64,000 nt of DNA from an uncultured virus (IMG/VR IMGVR_UViG_3300007961_000161) (IMGVR_UViG_3300007961_000161), one strand, 5' to 3'; positions 45,175-54,491 are shown, counted from the stretch's first letter. Notes: generated by a model from the sequence alone, not told the origin. Numbers and translations are program-made.

Positions 45175-46564
45175 TGTTTCCCTCCGTTAAAATTCCAAGT
45201 TCATGCTGCCGCCTCCTGTCTTCGGCGATCTCGGCATCGACCTCGGCGGCGTCATAGCCGCGCTCCGATATGGCCTGCGACCGGGATTTCAGCCCGGCAT
45301 TGATGGCGGCAACCTCGGCATTGATGTCCTTCAGGGGATCGACCCAGTCCCAGCGCGGCGGCAACCAGTCGCAGTCGAGGCAGTCGGCGCGGCGCTCCTC
45401 ATAGCCGGCGATGGGCAGCGCCCCGGACATGACGGCGGCGTCCATCCACCTTATCCACACGGGGCGGCACATCTGGTACACCATCACCGAATGCTGAACG
45501 GCCTCTACGCGCCTGCGGAACTCCAGCAGGGCGGCGCGGGTGTTCGAGTAATTCGCCTTCACCATGTCCGATGTGACGTTGACGTATGGTATCCCCAGCC
45601 CGGACGCCACCTGGAGCAGAGTCCTGTACTGGAAGGATTCATAGTTGCCCCCGACATCAGACGGAGAGGAAAAGGTGATGTTCTCCCCGTCCTCCAGCAC
45701 CTGAAGCTGTCCCGGCTCCAGCGGCATGAGCGGCTCCGATGTGGAATCACCTGTATCCAGCGCCATGTCATCGACCGCCGGGCGGGATATGAATCCTGCG
45801 AACATCGCCGCCACCTTCTTGCGGTCGAGTTCGGCATCATCGTATTGGTCGAGGATGAACAGCTTTGCCAGCACGGGGGCGAACCGCGAGTAGCCGCGAA
45901 GCTGTCCCGCGTCCACGGGGTCGATGATGTGCAGGATGGAATCCGCGGGGACGCGGACGATTTCACCTGCCAGGTCTTGCTCAGTGGCGTCGCCGGGATG
46001 CCTGCGGTAGAAATGGTAGGCCGACCTCCTTCCGATGGCGTCGAACTCGATGCCCTGGCGTATTACATGGCCGTTGCCCAGCGTCATGTTCAGATGCTTC
46101 GGCAGCATCTCCGAAGGCAGAAGCTGAAGCTGGAGCGGAACGGTCAGCCCGTCGGAATCCCGCCTGGGGCGGATGCGGAAGAACACCTCCCCGGCGATGA
46201 ACACTTCCCGTGCGGCGCGGCGCTGGAGTCCGTAGAAATCCGTCAGCCCCTCAGCGTCGGCCTCGTCCGTCCACCGGAGCCACAGCTTCTGAACAGTATC
46301 CTTCAAGGCAGAATCAGCTATCCTGGAAGAAGGCTTGATTCCCGTGCCGACCACGTTGCCCGCCCAGGACTCCACGGCGTTGATGGCATAGCCGTTGTTG
46401 CGGGTGAGGTGCCGCGCCCGCGCCGTCATGTCGTCCCCGGCCTGCTGGATGAGGACGTTCACATGGGCGCGGGAGGCCTGGAATCCCTTTAGCCGCCTCG
46501 TGGTAAGACCGCCGTCGAAGCCGCCGATGAAAGCGCCGATCTTCCTTCGGATGGATTCCATCAT
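45077..46564 (-). CDS. Portal protein (lambda family)
   Basis: RARHLTRNN, GIEFDAIGR, GQLRG, NYSNTRAAL, WVDPLKD. Confidence 0.95.
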   Translation of the reverse strand: MMESIRRKIGAFIGGFDGGLTTRRLKGFQASRAHVNVLIQQAGDDMTARARHLTRNNGYAINAVESWAGNVVGTGIKPSSRIADSALKDTVQKLWLRWTDEADAEGLTDFYGLQRRAAREVFIAGEVFFRIRPRRDSDGLTVPLQLQLLPSEMLPKHLNMTLGNGHVIRQGIEFDAIGRRSAYHFYRRHPGDATEQDLAGEIVRVPADSILHIIDPVDAGQLRGYSRFAPVLAKLFILDQYDDAELDRKKVAAMFAGFISRPAVDDMALDTGDSTSEPLMPLEPGQLQVLEDGENITFSSPSDVGGNYESFQYRTLLQVASGLGIPYVNVTSDMVKANYSNTRAALLEFRRRVEAVQHSVMVYQMCRPVWIRWMDAAVMSGALPIAGYEERRADCLDCDWLPPRWDWVDPLKDINAEVAAINAGLKSRSQAISERGYDAAEVDAEIAEDRRRQHELGILTEGNNDGRANSGADAVRNAADDMPGEAERRGGPAGT

Positions 46565-46773
46565 AAGCCTTTCCTCCCGTAGGTCAGGATGCGCTTAATC
46601 TTGCCCCGGCCTTCAAGAAGGGCTATTTTTTCATCCAGAAGGGCAAGGGCATCGCGCATTTCCTTGTTGGACTTGTACGTCACGGATTTGTCCCCGGCCT
46701 TCACGGTAAGAACGCCTTGGCACAGGGCTTGGAAAAGCGCGTTGCGCAGGACCTTATGATCTTCCAAAGTCAT
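46561..46773 (-). CDS. gpW-like head-tail joining protein
   Basis: GVLTVKAGDKSVTYKS; upstream of the portal. Confidence 0.8.
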   Translation of the reverse strand: MTLEDHKVLRNALFQALCQGVLTVKAGDKSVTYKSNKEMRDALALLDEKIALLEGRGKIKRILTYGRKGL

Positions 46774-46793
46774 ATCAACTCCTCGGGACCCTC

Positions 46794-46886
46794 ATGAAAA
46801 TAAGCTGGACTTCTTTCTCTCTTGGTTTTGGAACTTCGTTTGTGTCCATCATCGTGGGCGCCCTCATTGAAAAAATCTTCTTCTAG
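46794..46886 (+). CDS. 30-aa hydrophobic peptide
   Basis: MKISWTSFSLGFGTSFVSIIVGALIEKIFF; weak RBS. Confidence 0.45.
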   Translation: MKISWTSFSLGFGTSFVSIIVGALIEKIFF

Positions 46887-46896
46887 GGGGCAGCAT

Positions 46897-46992
46897 ATGA
46901 AGATTTATATTCCATCTTTCCTTTTGGGGTGCGCAGGTGCCCTTGTTTTCTGCCTGCTCATTATCTTTGTTGAAAAAGTTTTCATGAAATAA
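46897..46992 (+). CDS. 31-aa hydrophobic peptide, paralog of the previous one
   Basis: MKIYIPSFLLGCAGALVFCLLIIFVEKVFMK; GGGGG upstream. Confidence 0.5.
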   Translation: MKIYIPSFLLGCAGALVFCLLIIFVEKVFMK

Positions 46993-47053
46993 GATTGCCA
47001 AAGGAAAATCCCACGAATGCTGCCTTAAACGTCCGTTTGTCGATAATGATTGA

Positions 47054-47112
47054 TCACACATACCTCGACCCGACCACCATGCGCCTGCGCGGAACCAGCC
47101 TCTGCGCGGGCG
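47054..47112 (-). repeat. Duplicate of the terL 3' end (copy of 47533-47591)
   Basis: 59-bp direct repeat, first 40 bp identical, 3 mismatches in total. Confidence 0.95.
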
Positions 47113-47263
47113 TTTCCGTTTCAGATGGGAAAAATTAACGCAACAATGAAAAAATTAATAATAAAAATCAAAGGAATAACTTGACTTATTGTTCAAATTC
47201 AATTCCTATGTGTTCACGCACTGCACATTCTTAACGTCTTTCTTTCAAGGGATGAATTTCATC

Positions 47264-47515
47264 ATGGCAAGCAAAGCAATCACCGAAGGCATGATCGTAC
47301 GCTACGCACGCGAATGGTGCTCTCCTGGAGAACGCAAATATCTTCATGTCGTAAAAGAAAACCGCCTGAATCCTGTCACCAACAAGATGACCAGATGGCT
47401 AATCCAAACCATAAATATGGAGAACATGACACTTCATCCCACATCTGTGGTTGATGACTACATGATTGAGCCTACCGGATTCACCATTAATGACTATATT
47501 CCGAATCAGAAATAA
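47264..47515 (+). CDS. Hypothetical protein inside the terL-repeat-flanked cassette
   Basis: 83-aa ORF after an AT-rich promoter-like region; start uncertain. Confidence 0.65.
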   Translation: MASKAITEGMIVRYAREWCSPGERKYLHVVKENRLNPVTNKMTRWLIQTINMENMTLHPTSVVDDYMIEPTGFTINDYIPNQK

Positions 47516-47532
47516 AAAGGGCTGATGAGATT

Positions 47533-49368
47533 TCACACATACCTCGACCCGACCACCATGCGCCTGCGCGGAGCTATCCTCTGCGCGGGCGCTTTTGATT
47601 CCGTATGCTCCATCGGCGGCGGCAATGCATCTGCACGCCGGTTCAGATTCAGCCCCATGCTGAACAGACCGTGCAGGGCGGCATAGGCATAGACGCGGCA
47701 GTCCAGCGCCTCGTTCCTTTTCCCGTCTGGCTTCCACCAGTAATGGCGGGCGAAGCCGCCGTTGTACTTCGTCCGCAATTTTTCCGCGGTCAGCTGCTCG
47801 AAATATGCAACGTCCCGATCCATAGGGAAATGACAGCATCCCGCGCCGGATTCAGTGACCTTCAGCCGCCCGTAGATGGCTTCCTTGGCCGCATCGACGC
47901 CGATGGTGAACAGGTTCACCTTGCCCTTCGCCGCCTTGGTCGGGCGCTTCGGCCAGATGGGGCGGCTGGATCCGTTGGCGGCACTCGCGCCTTTGATAGC
48001 CCATATCCGCTTCCGCTCCTTTCCCGCGCAGAAGGCATATGCCGCCTGCGTATGGTGTCCGCCCGTGTCAATGCAGACTCCCATGATGGGAAGCCCATCC
48101 GGCAGCGCTTCATGGGGAAACGTCCGCGAAAGATAGTCCTCCAGGTCATCCCAGACCTGTTGGGCGGAAGGATCGCCCCAGATGACCCTGTAATCGCATG
48201 ACCACGATTCCTCATCGCGCCCCCAGCCCACAAGCTCAAGCTCCAGGCGGTTGTCCTGCACGTCCACTCCGCATGTCAGCACGGCTACCGATGCCGGCAC
48301 CTTCGGTCCGAAATGCTCGCGCCTTTCCATGAGCCCGTTTTCATCGATTCCTTCGCCATCGGTTTCCTCCCAGGTCTCCGCCAGCTTGGTGTTGACCCAG
48401 ACCTTCAGCCGGACGGGATCGTCCTTCGCCGCCAGATGTTCCTGCGCGATTTCAGCCCATGTCAGCCACGGGCTGTACAGGGAAGAAAGATGGAATCCCG
48501 CGGTGTTCGTTGAACTCACCGCCGTTGCCACCCATCGCCCCTTTGCCAGGAGCGCAGGCTTGCGGAATTCGTGATGCACTGTCCCGCATTCGGGGCAGAA
48601 CCATGCCGCTTCCTCCGGCTTTCCCTCCGGCCAGCGGATGTCCTTCCACATGATCCGGGAAAAGATTCCGCAGCCGTCGCAGGGGACCATGTATATCCGT
48701 TTGTCACTCTCCTCGTATGCCGCCTCGATTCGGCTGGCGTCCTTCACCGTCGGCGTCGAGCACATGAAAATCTTCCTGTTGCTGAAGGTGGCGGAACGCT
48801 GAATGGCGAGCCCAACGGGATCACCTTCTCCTGCTGCATCTGCAGGGTAGCCATCCACTTCGTCAAGGAACAGGAAACGGACTGGCATGGATCGAAGCCC
48901 CACGGCGCTGTTCGCTCCCGTAAGAATGAGGACGCCTCCGGGAAATTCCTTCATAAGTATAGTGTTGCCCGAATCCCTCGACCTCGGATCACTGATGCGA
49001 TCCGACAGTTCAGGGCTGGCTTCGATGAGTGCATCCACACGCTGCTTGCTGACCCGCTTCGCCGTTTCCACTGTCGGCTGCACCATCAGCATCGGTCCGG
49101 GGACGTGCTGCACGACATAGCCTATCCAGTTCAGCCCGACCTCAGTTCCGCCAAGCTGCGCCCCCTTCATGAACACGACCTTCTCAGTCCGGCTCTTGAC
49201 CGATAGCTCCCGCATGATGTCGCGGAGGTATGGCGTCCTGGTCGTCGACCACCTTCCGGGTTCGGCAGAAGCCACAGAGGACAATATCCTATGGCTGTCC
49301 GCCCACTCGTCCACGGTCAATTCTGGCTCCGGGGCAAGACCCTCCATCCATGCGTTATTATCCCTCAT
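47533..49368 (-). CDS. Terminase large subunit (lambda gpA family)
   Basis: KGAQLGGTE, LFLDEVDGY, STPT, GVDVQ, DTGGH, RNEALDCRVYA. Confidence 0.96.
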   Translation of the reverse strand: MRDNNAWMEGLAPEPELTVDEWADSHRILSSVASAEPGRWSTTRTPYLRDIMRELSVKSRTEKVVFMKGAQLGGTEVGLNWIGYVVQHVPGPMLMVQPTVETAKRVSKQRVDALIEASPELSDRISDPRSRDSGNTILMKEFPGGVLILTGANSAVGLRSMPVRFLFLDEVDGYPADAAGEGDPVGLAIQRSATFSNRKIFMCSTPTVKDASRIEAAYEESDKRIYMVPCDGCGIFSRIMWKDIRWPEGKPEEAAWFCPECGTVHHEFRKPALLAKGRWVATAVSSTNTAGFHLSSLYSPWLTWAEIAQEHLAAKDDPVRLKVWVNTKLAETWEETDGEGIDENGLMERREHFGPKVPASVAVLTCGVDVQDNRLELELVGWGRDEESWSCDYRVIWGDPSAQQVWDDLEDYLSRTFPHEALPDGLPIMGVCIDTGGHHTQAAYAFCAGKERKRIWAIKGASAANGSSRPIWPKRPTKAAKGKVNLFTIGVDAAKEAIYGRLKVTESGAGCCHFPMDRDVAYFEQLTAEKLRTKYNGGFARHYWWKPDGKRNEALDCRVYAYAALHGLFSMGLNLNRRADALPPPMEHTESKAPAQRIAPRRRMVVGSRYV

Positions 49369-49461
49369 AAAAATATCTAACTATCTGGAAAATAATAACT
49401 TTACTTTATTCGATTAGTACGGCTTAGTGACGTCACCACAACGATGCAAGGAGAAAACACC

Positions 49462-49719
49462 ATGAAATTTTCCCCCTTTTACCAGAGCGAAATAGAGAAC
49501 GCCCTTGATAAGAGCAACACGATCGCCACCGTCAACGGCGAGGATTTCATAGTCGCATCCAGCTTCATCGCCCGCGGCACCTTCGCAAAGCGAGTCAGCG
49601 ATGGTGACATCAGGCAGATTTGCAGAAGCGGATACATCAGCAACGACCTTACCATCCGGAAGGAAATTGCCCTCCGCTACGGGCTTCCCACCTTCCGCAA
49701 GAACGCAAAGAAAGCATAG
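49462..49719 (+). CDS. Hypothetical protein (paralog of the next gene's N-terminus)
   Basis: AAGGAG RBS; VNGE...GTFAKRVSDG...YISNDLTIRK. Confidence 0.7.
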   Translation: MKFSPFYQSEIENALDKSNTIATVNGEDFIVASSFIARGTFAKRVSDGDIRQICRSGYISNDLTIRKEIALRYGLPTFRKNAKKA

Positions 49720-49730
49720 GAGGAAACACC

Positions 49731-50426
49731 ATGAGAAAACTCACCCAGTCAGCGATTGAACGGCTTGAGGCAAAATTCCGCAGCGCGGGGACAGAAACGA
49801 TGGTCAACGGCGAACAATTCGTTTTCGTGTCCAGCCGCTACCTCAACGGCACCTTCGCCCAGCGCATCAGCGACGGCCGGATCGAACAGATTTCCAAGGG
49901 AAGATACATATCCAACGACCTCACCGTCCGCAAGGCGATACAGGGTTACTACGGACTCACAACTTTCCGCAGGGAAGCAACAAACCAGGCTGAAGCAATT
50001 GCCCCAGCCGCAACCACGGAGGAAACCATGACTGAACCAAAGGAAACCATCATCACAGCCATCGCGGAAGCAGTCATCGAACGTCAGCATGAACAAGGAA
50101 ACGAAATGACCATCACGGAAACCTACGAGGATGAAAACGCCTATGAAGTGACCATTGCTCCGGCAGCGGATGAATCCGACGCCGAAGCTCATCCCGCCCC
50201 GGAAGAATCACCCAAGGTCAGGAGGCATCGGGACGGCACCAAGCAGGCGGAAATCCTGAGAGGGCTGCAATCAGAGGAAGGGATCACCATCGGCAAAATC
50301 ATGGCCATCACGGGATGGAAGGAGCCGAGCGCCAGGGGCATCCTCTACAGGGTTTTCAAGAAGGAAATGGGGCTGGAACTGACCTCAAAGCTGAATGAGT
50401 TCGGGGAGCGGGTTTACCGCGTCTGA
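49731..50426 (+). CDS. Repeat domain + acidic linker + DUF3489-like wHTH
   Basis: AGGAGG RBS; RDGTKQAEIL...GITIGKIMAITGW...RVYRV. Confidence 0.75.
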   Translation: MRKLTQSAIERLEAKFRSAGTETMVNGEQFVFVSSRYLNGTFAQRISDGRIEQISKGRYISNDLTVRKAIQGYYGLTTFRREATNQAEAIAPAATTEETMTEPKETIITAIAEAVIERQHEQGNEMTITETYEDENAYEVTIAPAADESDAEAHPAPEESPKVRRHRDGTKQAEILRGLQSEEGITIGKIMAITGWKEPSARGILYRVFKKEMGLELTSKLNEFGERVYRV

Positions 50427-50445
50427 ACCTCCCAAACGAAGCATG

Positions 50446-50473
50446 ATGGCGGCTGAAAAATGCCGCCATTTTT
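50446..50473 (+). terminator. Intrinsic terminator
   Basis: ATGGCGGC...GCCGCCAT stem followed by Ts. Confidence 0.65.
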
Positions 50474-50588
50474 ATAATAATATATTGAAAATACTAGCAT
50501 AATTGACTTGCTATCTCCTGTGTCTATGGCAATGTGCACTCACGAAAGGAAAACAACACAACACATTGAAAACACAGGAGAAAATAAG

Positions 50589-51536
50589 ATGGAACGCAGC
50601 TTCGGAATCGAGATGGAATTCAACGGACTCACCATGCAGCAAAGCCTCGCCGCCCTCAAGAACGCCGGACTCAAGGCACAGATTGAAGGATACAACCACA
50701 ATGACCATGCCGACGGCACCTGGAAAATCGTGAGCGACGCAAGCGTGAGCCGCGGACACGAAGTGGTCAGCCCCATCCTCCGCGGGGAAGCGGGGATTGC
50801 CGAAGCCTGCCGCGCCGCCGAAGCCCTGGAAAAGGCTGGCGCTACCATCGACCGGACCTGCGGGCTCCATGTTCACTTCGACGCCGCCGCCTTTACCGCC
50901 GATGAACTCCGCACCGCCTGCATCCGCTACGCCAAGCACGAAAGAGAAATCGACGCCTTCATGCCGAGGAGCCGCCGCGGGAACGAAAACACCTACTGCA
51001 AGGCGACCACCGGATGCTTCCTGAACAACGCCTCCTTCGCAAGGGCGACCAGCAAGGAAAGCCTCGCCAGAAGCCAGGGAAGCCGCTACTTCAAGGTCAA
51101 CCTGCAGGCTTACCTCCGCCACCAGACCATCGAGTTCCGCCAGCATAGCGGCACAGTCGACAGCAGCAAGATTGAAAACTGGGTGCGCTTCCTCGCCGCC
51201 TTCCTGGACGAGAGCGTCAGGGTCGCCCATCAGGGAACGAACGGCATCCGCCTCCAGCCCGCCCAGCAGAATCTGGTCGACCTCATCAGCCGCGACGGCG
51301 GGATGACCGCCGAAGCCCTGCAGGAGCGCCTCGGGCTCCTTCCGCACAGCCTGCGCGGAACCATCAGCCTCATCCGCAAGCGCGGGGTGAACATCGTCAG
51401 CACCCGCGAAAACGGAACCACCATCTACCGCGCCTTCACCTCCAGCGAAGCGCCCCGCGAAGATGCCCTTTTCAACGGGGTGGACGAAAGCGTCCGCGCC
51501 TTCTACGCCAGCCGCGCCGCAAGGCTGGCCGCCTAA
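50589..51536 (+). CDS. Putative amidoligase family protein with an inserted wHTH
   Basis: FGIEMEF, WKIVSDAS, EVVSPIL, TCGLHVH, RYFKVN, TIEFRQHSGT. Confidence 0.88.
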   Translation: MERSFGIEMEFNGLTMQQSLAALKNAGLKAQIEGYNHNDHADGTWKIVSDASVSRGHEVVSPILRGEAGIAEACRAAEALEKAGATIDRTCGLHVHFDAAAFTADELRTACIRYAKHEREIDAFMPRSRRGNENTYCKATTGCFLNNASFARATSKESLARSQGSRYFKVNLQAYLRHQTIEFRQHSGTVDSSKIENWVRFLAAFLDESVRVAHQGTNGIRLQPAQQNLVDLISRDGGMTAEALQERLGLLPHSLRGTISLIRKRGVNIVSTRENGTTIYRAFTSSEAPREDALFNGVDESVRAFYASRAARLAA

Positions 51537-51615
51537 TAAGGTACACGGGGAGGCGCGAGCCTCCCCATTGCATGATGCATTTCCACCATGTAAAATCAGC
51601 AAAGGAGAAACGATT

Positions 51616-51843
51616 ATGAGATACCGCTTCATCGACGGCTACGAGTTCGAAGCCAACACCGCTGAGGAAATCTGCACCGCCATCTGGAAGTCCATGAAGT
51701 TCAGCTTCCGGTCAAGCCTCCAGGAATGGATGGACGCCAACGCCTCAGTCATGAGCGAGGGGCTCGCCGAACCTCTCCGCACCGACAGTCCTGAACACCA
51801 TGTCGAGGATATGCTGGCGGCGGGGATAATCAGGAAAATTTAA
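51616..51843 (+). CDS. Small hypothetical protein
   Basis: AAAGGAG RBS; 75-aa ORF. Confidence 0.65.
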   Translation: MRYRFIDGYEFEANTAEEICTAIWKSMKFSFRSSLQEWMDANASVMSEGLAEPLRTDSPEHHVEDMLAAGIIRKI

Positions 51844-51998
51844 CCCTTTCTCCACCACGGAGGTGATAACCGCTTCTCAATAACGGGGAGCGGTTTTATT
51901 ATAATTATATGAAATAACACAATTTTTCTTGCTATAGCTTCAAGCCAATGGCAATGTCCCATCAACGAACGATGGAAATTGCCCGGAGGAGAAGCAGC

Positions 51999-52325
51999 AT
52001 GAAGAACATTCCCGCAACGCAGAACACGGAATTCGGATTTTACGGAACGATGGACGAACACGCCGAAGCAGCCTGGGGGATAGCGATGAAGCGCATCGCC
52101 AAGGCTACGGGCAAGGATCACGAAGCCATCCGTGTATTCCTCGACAGCAGGCACGGACGCCACTTTGCCGATGATGTCCAGAACAACCTGTTTGACGGGA
52201 TGAGCCTTGACATGGCCATCGCCCGGGCTGTCAAAAGCTGGATGGAGTGGACGGCAAATAAGGCAACGGCGCAGGAATATGGCGTCGAAGCCGACACGCC
52301 GCTGCTCATCGCCATGATTGGCTAG
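51999..52325 (+). CDS. Conserved prophage hypothetical protein
   Basis: GGAGGAG RBS; FGFYGTM...AAW...FLDSRHGRHFADDV. Confidence 0.75.
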   Translation: MKNIPATQNTEFGFYGTMDEHAEAAWGIAMKRIAKATGKDHEAIRVFLDSRHGRHFADDVQNNLFDGMSLDMAIARAVKSWMEWTANKATAQEYGVEADTPLLIAMIG

Positions 52326-53548
52326 GACGGAGGAACGGCATCGAACTCAAGGCCATCAGATTCCCGCACCGCCTTTTTCCCCGAAAACTCCTGCCAGCGG
52401 CGGACGATGACGTCGGCGTACTTCGGATCAAGCTCCATCAGCCGGGCAACGCGCCCGGCTTTTTCGCAGGCTATGGCGGTGGTTCCGGAACCCGCGAAGC
52501 AGTCCAGGATGCTGTCGCCCGGTTCGCTGGAGTTCCGCAGGCAGCGTTCGAAAAGCTCGACGGGCTTCATGGTCGGATGGAATTCATTCCTGACCGGTTT
52601 TTTAATCTGCCATACGTCTCCCTGGTCACGGGCTCCGCACCAGTGTCTTTTCGCCCCCTCACGCCAGCCATAGAGCATCGGTTCGTACTGCCGCTGATAG
52701 TCGGAGCGCCCAAGCGTGAACCTGTCCTTCGCCCAAATGATGAAGGTACTCCAATGCCCGCCGCACTCCCGGAAAGCACTCTGCAAGGCGTCCAGCTCCG
52801 AAGATGACATGGCGATGTAGCATGCGCCGTCGCACCTCTCCAGCATCGGCTTCAGCGCCGAAACGAGGAAATCCTTGAAGCCAGCGCCGAGGTCATCGTT
52901 CTGAATCGTTCCCGCAGCGCCCTGATACGCAACATTATACGGCGGATCAGTAACGACCAGGGCGGCATGTTCACCGTCCAGTAATCGCGCATAGTTTTCC
53001 TCCTTCGTGCAGTCGCCCACCAGCAACCGGTGCGGACCCATGATCCAGACATCGCCTTCGCGGGATACCGTCTCCTCTTGTTCTTCAGGAACGGCGTCCT
53101 CATCGGTGTTGCCTTGGATGTCAGGTTCTTCCTCGACCTCGGCAAGCATCCTGTCGATTTCGGCGTCGTCAAATCCCGTCATGGAAAGGTCGAAATCTTC
53201 CTCTTTCAGTTCCGAAAGCTCGATGCGTAGCAGTTCACCATCCCAGCCGCTGCCATTGATGGCAAGCTGATTGTCTGCCAGGATATATGCGCGTTTCTGC
53301 GCTTCGGTGAGGTAGGCAAGCTCGATGACCGGCACCCGCGTCAGCCCCAGCTTCTTCGCTGCGAGCAGCCTGCAATGACCTGCCACGATGCCGTTCTTCC
53401 CGTCCACGAGGATGGGATTCGTCCAGCCGAACTCGCGGATGGACGCCGCCACCTTCGTGACCTGTTCGTCCGTGTGCGTCCTAGCGTTCCGGGCATAGGG
53501 GATCAACGCCTCGACGGAGCGGTATTCGATCTTGATGTCATCCTTCAC
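52322..53548 (-). CDS. ParB-domain DNA adenine methyltransferase
   Basis: YARNARTH, FGWTNPIL, VTDPPYN, HPTMKPV, LDCFAGSGTT. Confidence 0.93.
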   Translation of the reverse strand: MKDDIKIEYRSVEALIPYARNARTHTDEQVTKVAASIREFGWTNPILVDGKNGIVAGHCRLLAAKKLGLTRVPVIELAYLTEAQKRAYILADNQLAINGSGWDGELLRIELSELKEEDFDLSMTGFDDAEIDRMLAEVEEEPDIQGNTDEDAVPEEQEETVSREGDVWIMGPHRLLVGDCTKEENYARLLDGEHAALVVTDPPYNVAYQGAAGTIQNDDLGAGFKDFLVSALKPMLERCDGACYIAMSSSELDALQSAFRECGGHWSTFIIWAKDRFTLGRSDYQRQYEPMLYGWREGAKRHWCGARDQGDVWQIKKPVRNEFHPTMKPVELFERCLRNSSEPGDSILDCFAGSGTTAIACEKAGRVARLMELDPKYADVIVRRWQEFSGKKAVRESDGLEFDAVPPS

Positions 53549-53823
53549 AGAGTTCCACCATATGAAAGAGCCGCCCGTAAGGCGGCTTCAATGATTTCTT
53601 CGCAGTTCCTCGCATCATCTTCCTCTGCGAGTCGTGTCGAGATATTTTCGGTTATCGCAAAAATTCTCTGCGATAGTTCCTGTTCCCGTGAAAACTGCCG
53701 TGCATCCATTTCCGAGATGTTCGCCAGTTTTTTCTCTCGGTTCTCATATGTTTTCTTCGCCAGCTTTGCAGCGTAGGTTTCCTTGAGGGTCCTCAGCTTC
53801 TGGTACTCGGCTGCATCAGCCAT
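53545..53823 (-). CDS. Truncated paralog of the small terminase C-terminal region
   Basis: EYQKLRTLKETYAAKLAK aligns with TYRKARKMRLLYEAKLAK of the upstream gene. Confidence 0.6.
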   Translation of the reverse strand: MADAAEYQKLRTLKETYAAKLAKKTYENREKKLANISEMDARQFSREQELSQRIFAITENISTRLAEEDDARNCEEIIEAALRAALSYGGTL

Positions 53824-54301
53824 GCATCGCTCCCAATGGGACATAGCGATCAGCCGATGCCATCGTGTCCAGGGCGTCGGTTAATGCTTCGCGGAGCAGT
53901 TCGGCGATTACTGCCGGATCTTTTTCAGCGGCACACATCGGTCCCAGTCTACGAGGGACGGTCATTAATCTGTCCCGTACTTGCCTAGCCCTGAGGAACA
54001 CATCCCGGCAAAGCTCTCCAGCATCCGCTACGATTCCTTCACGCTCATCCAGTTCTAGTTTCGCGAGTTTTGCCTCATAGAGCAGCCGCATCTTTCTCGC
54101 CTTTCGGTAGGTCAGACCGGCTTCCTCCAAGGTCTCACCTTCATGAGGAGGGCGGGTGTTGGCTTCCCATTCGAGATCAGCGCGATCGGAATCTATGGAT
54201 CCGTCGTCCTCTCGATGGATGCGTCCGGAGGATATCGCTTTCTGCACAGCGGCAAGGCTGACACCTCTGTGCCGAGCATATGCACGAAGTGAAATCCCCA
54301 T
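53816..54301 (-). CDS. Terminase small subunit (Nu1-like)
   Basis: N-terminal HTH SLRAYARHRGVSLAAVQKAI; directly after the cos-like region. Confidence 0.8.
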   Translation of the reverse strand: MGISLRAYARHRGVSLAAVQKAISSGRIHREDDGSIDSDRADLEWEANTRPPHEGETLEEAGLTYRKARKMRLLYEAKLAKLELDEREGIVADAGELCRDVFLRARQVRDRLMTVPRRLGPMCAAEKDPAVIAELLREALTDALDTMASADRYVPLGAMHG

Positions 54302-54320
54302 GCTGAAAATACCCCAACAA

Positions 54321-54491
54321 TGACAACCCGTTTCCCAATGAAAAAGCGCTCACCGATAAAACGGCAAGGCGCTGGTTTGTTTTGGTGAATCAGGACCTCA
54401 AGCCAGACAACTGACAACCATTTTGCTATCTGTCGCTAGGCAATTCCCGCGGTGCCGGGCCACCCGCTTGAAATAATTGGAAAAAGGAACC
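54321..54491 (-). promoter_or_regulatory. Lambda-like cos packaging region
   Basis: Minus strand GGTTCCT (cosQ-like), then GCGGGTGGCCCGGCACCGCGGG dyad (cosN-like), then GTTGTC repeats at 54412, 54405 and 54321. Confidence 0.6.

Noticed and set aside
39568..46492. Long plus-strand ORFs (e.g. 39568-41244, 42601-43725, 45203-46492)
   Set aside because: Antisense shadows of GC-rich structural genes with no recognisable motifs
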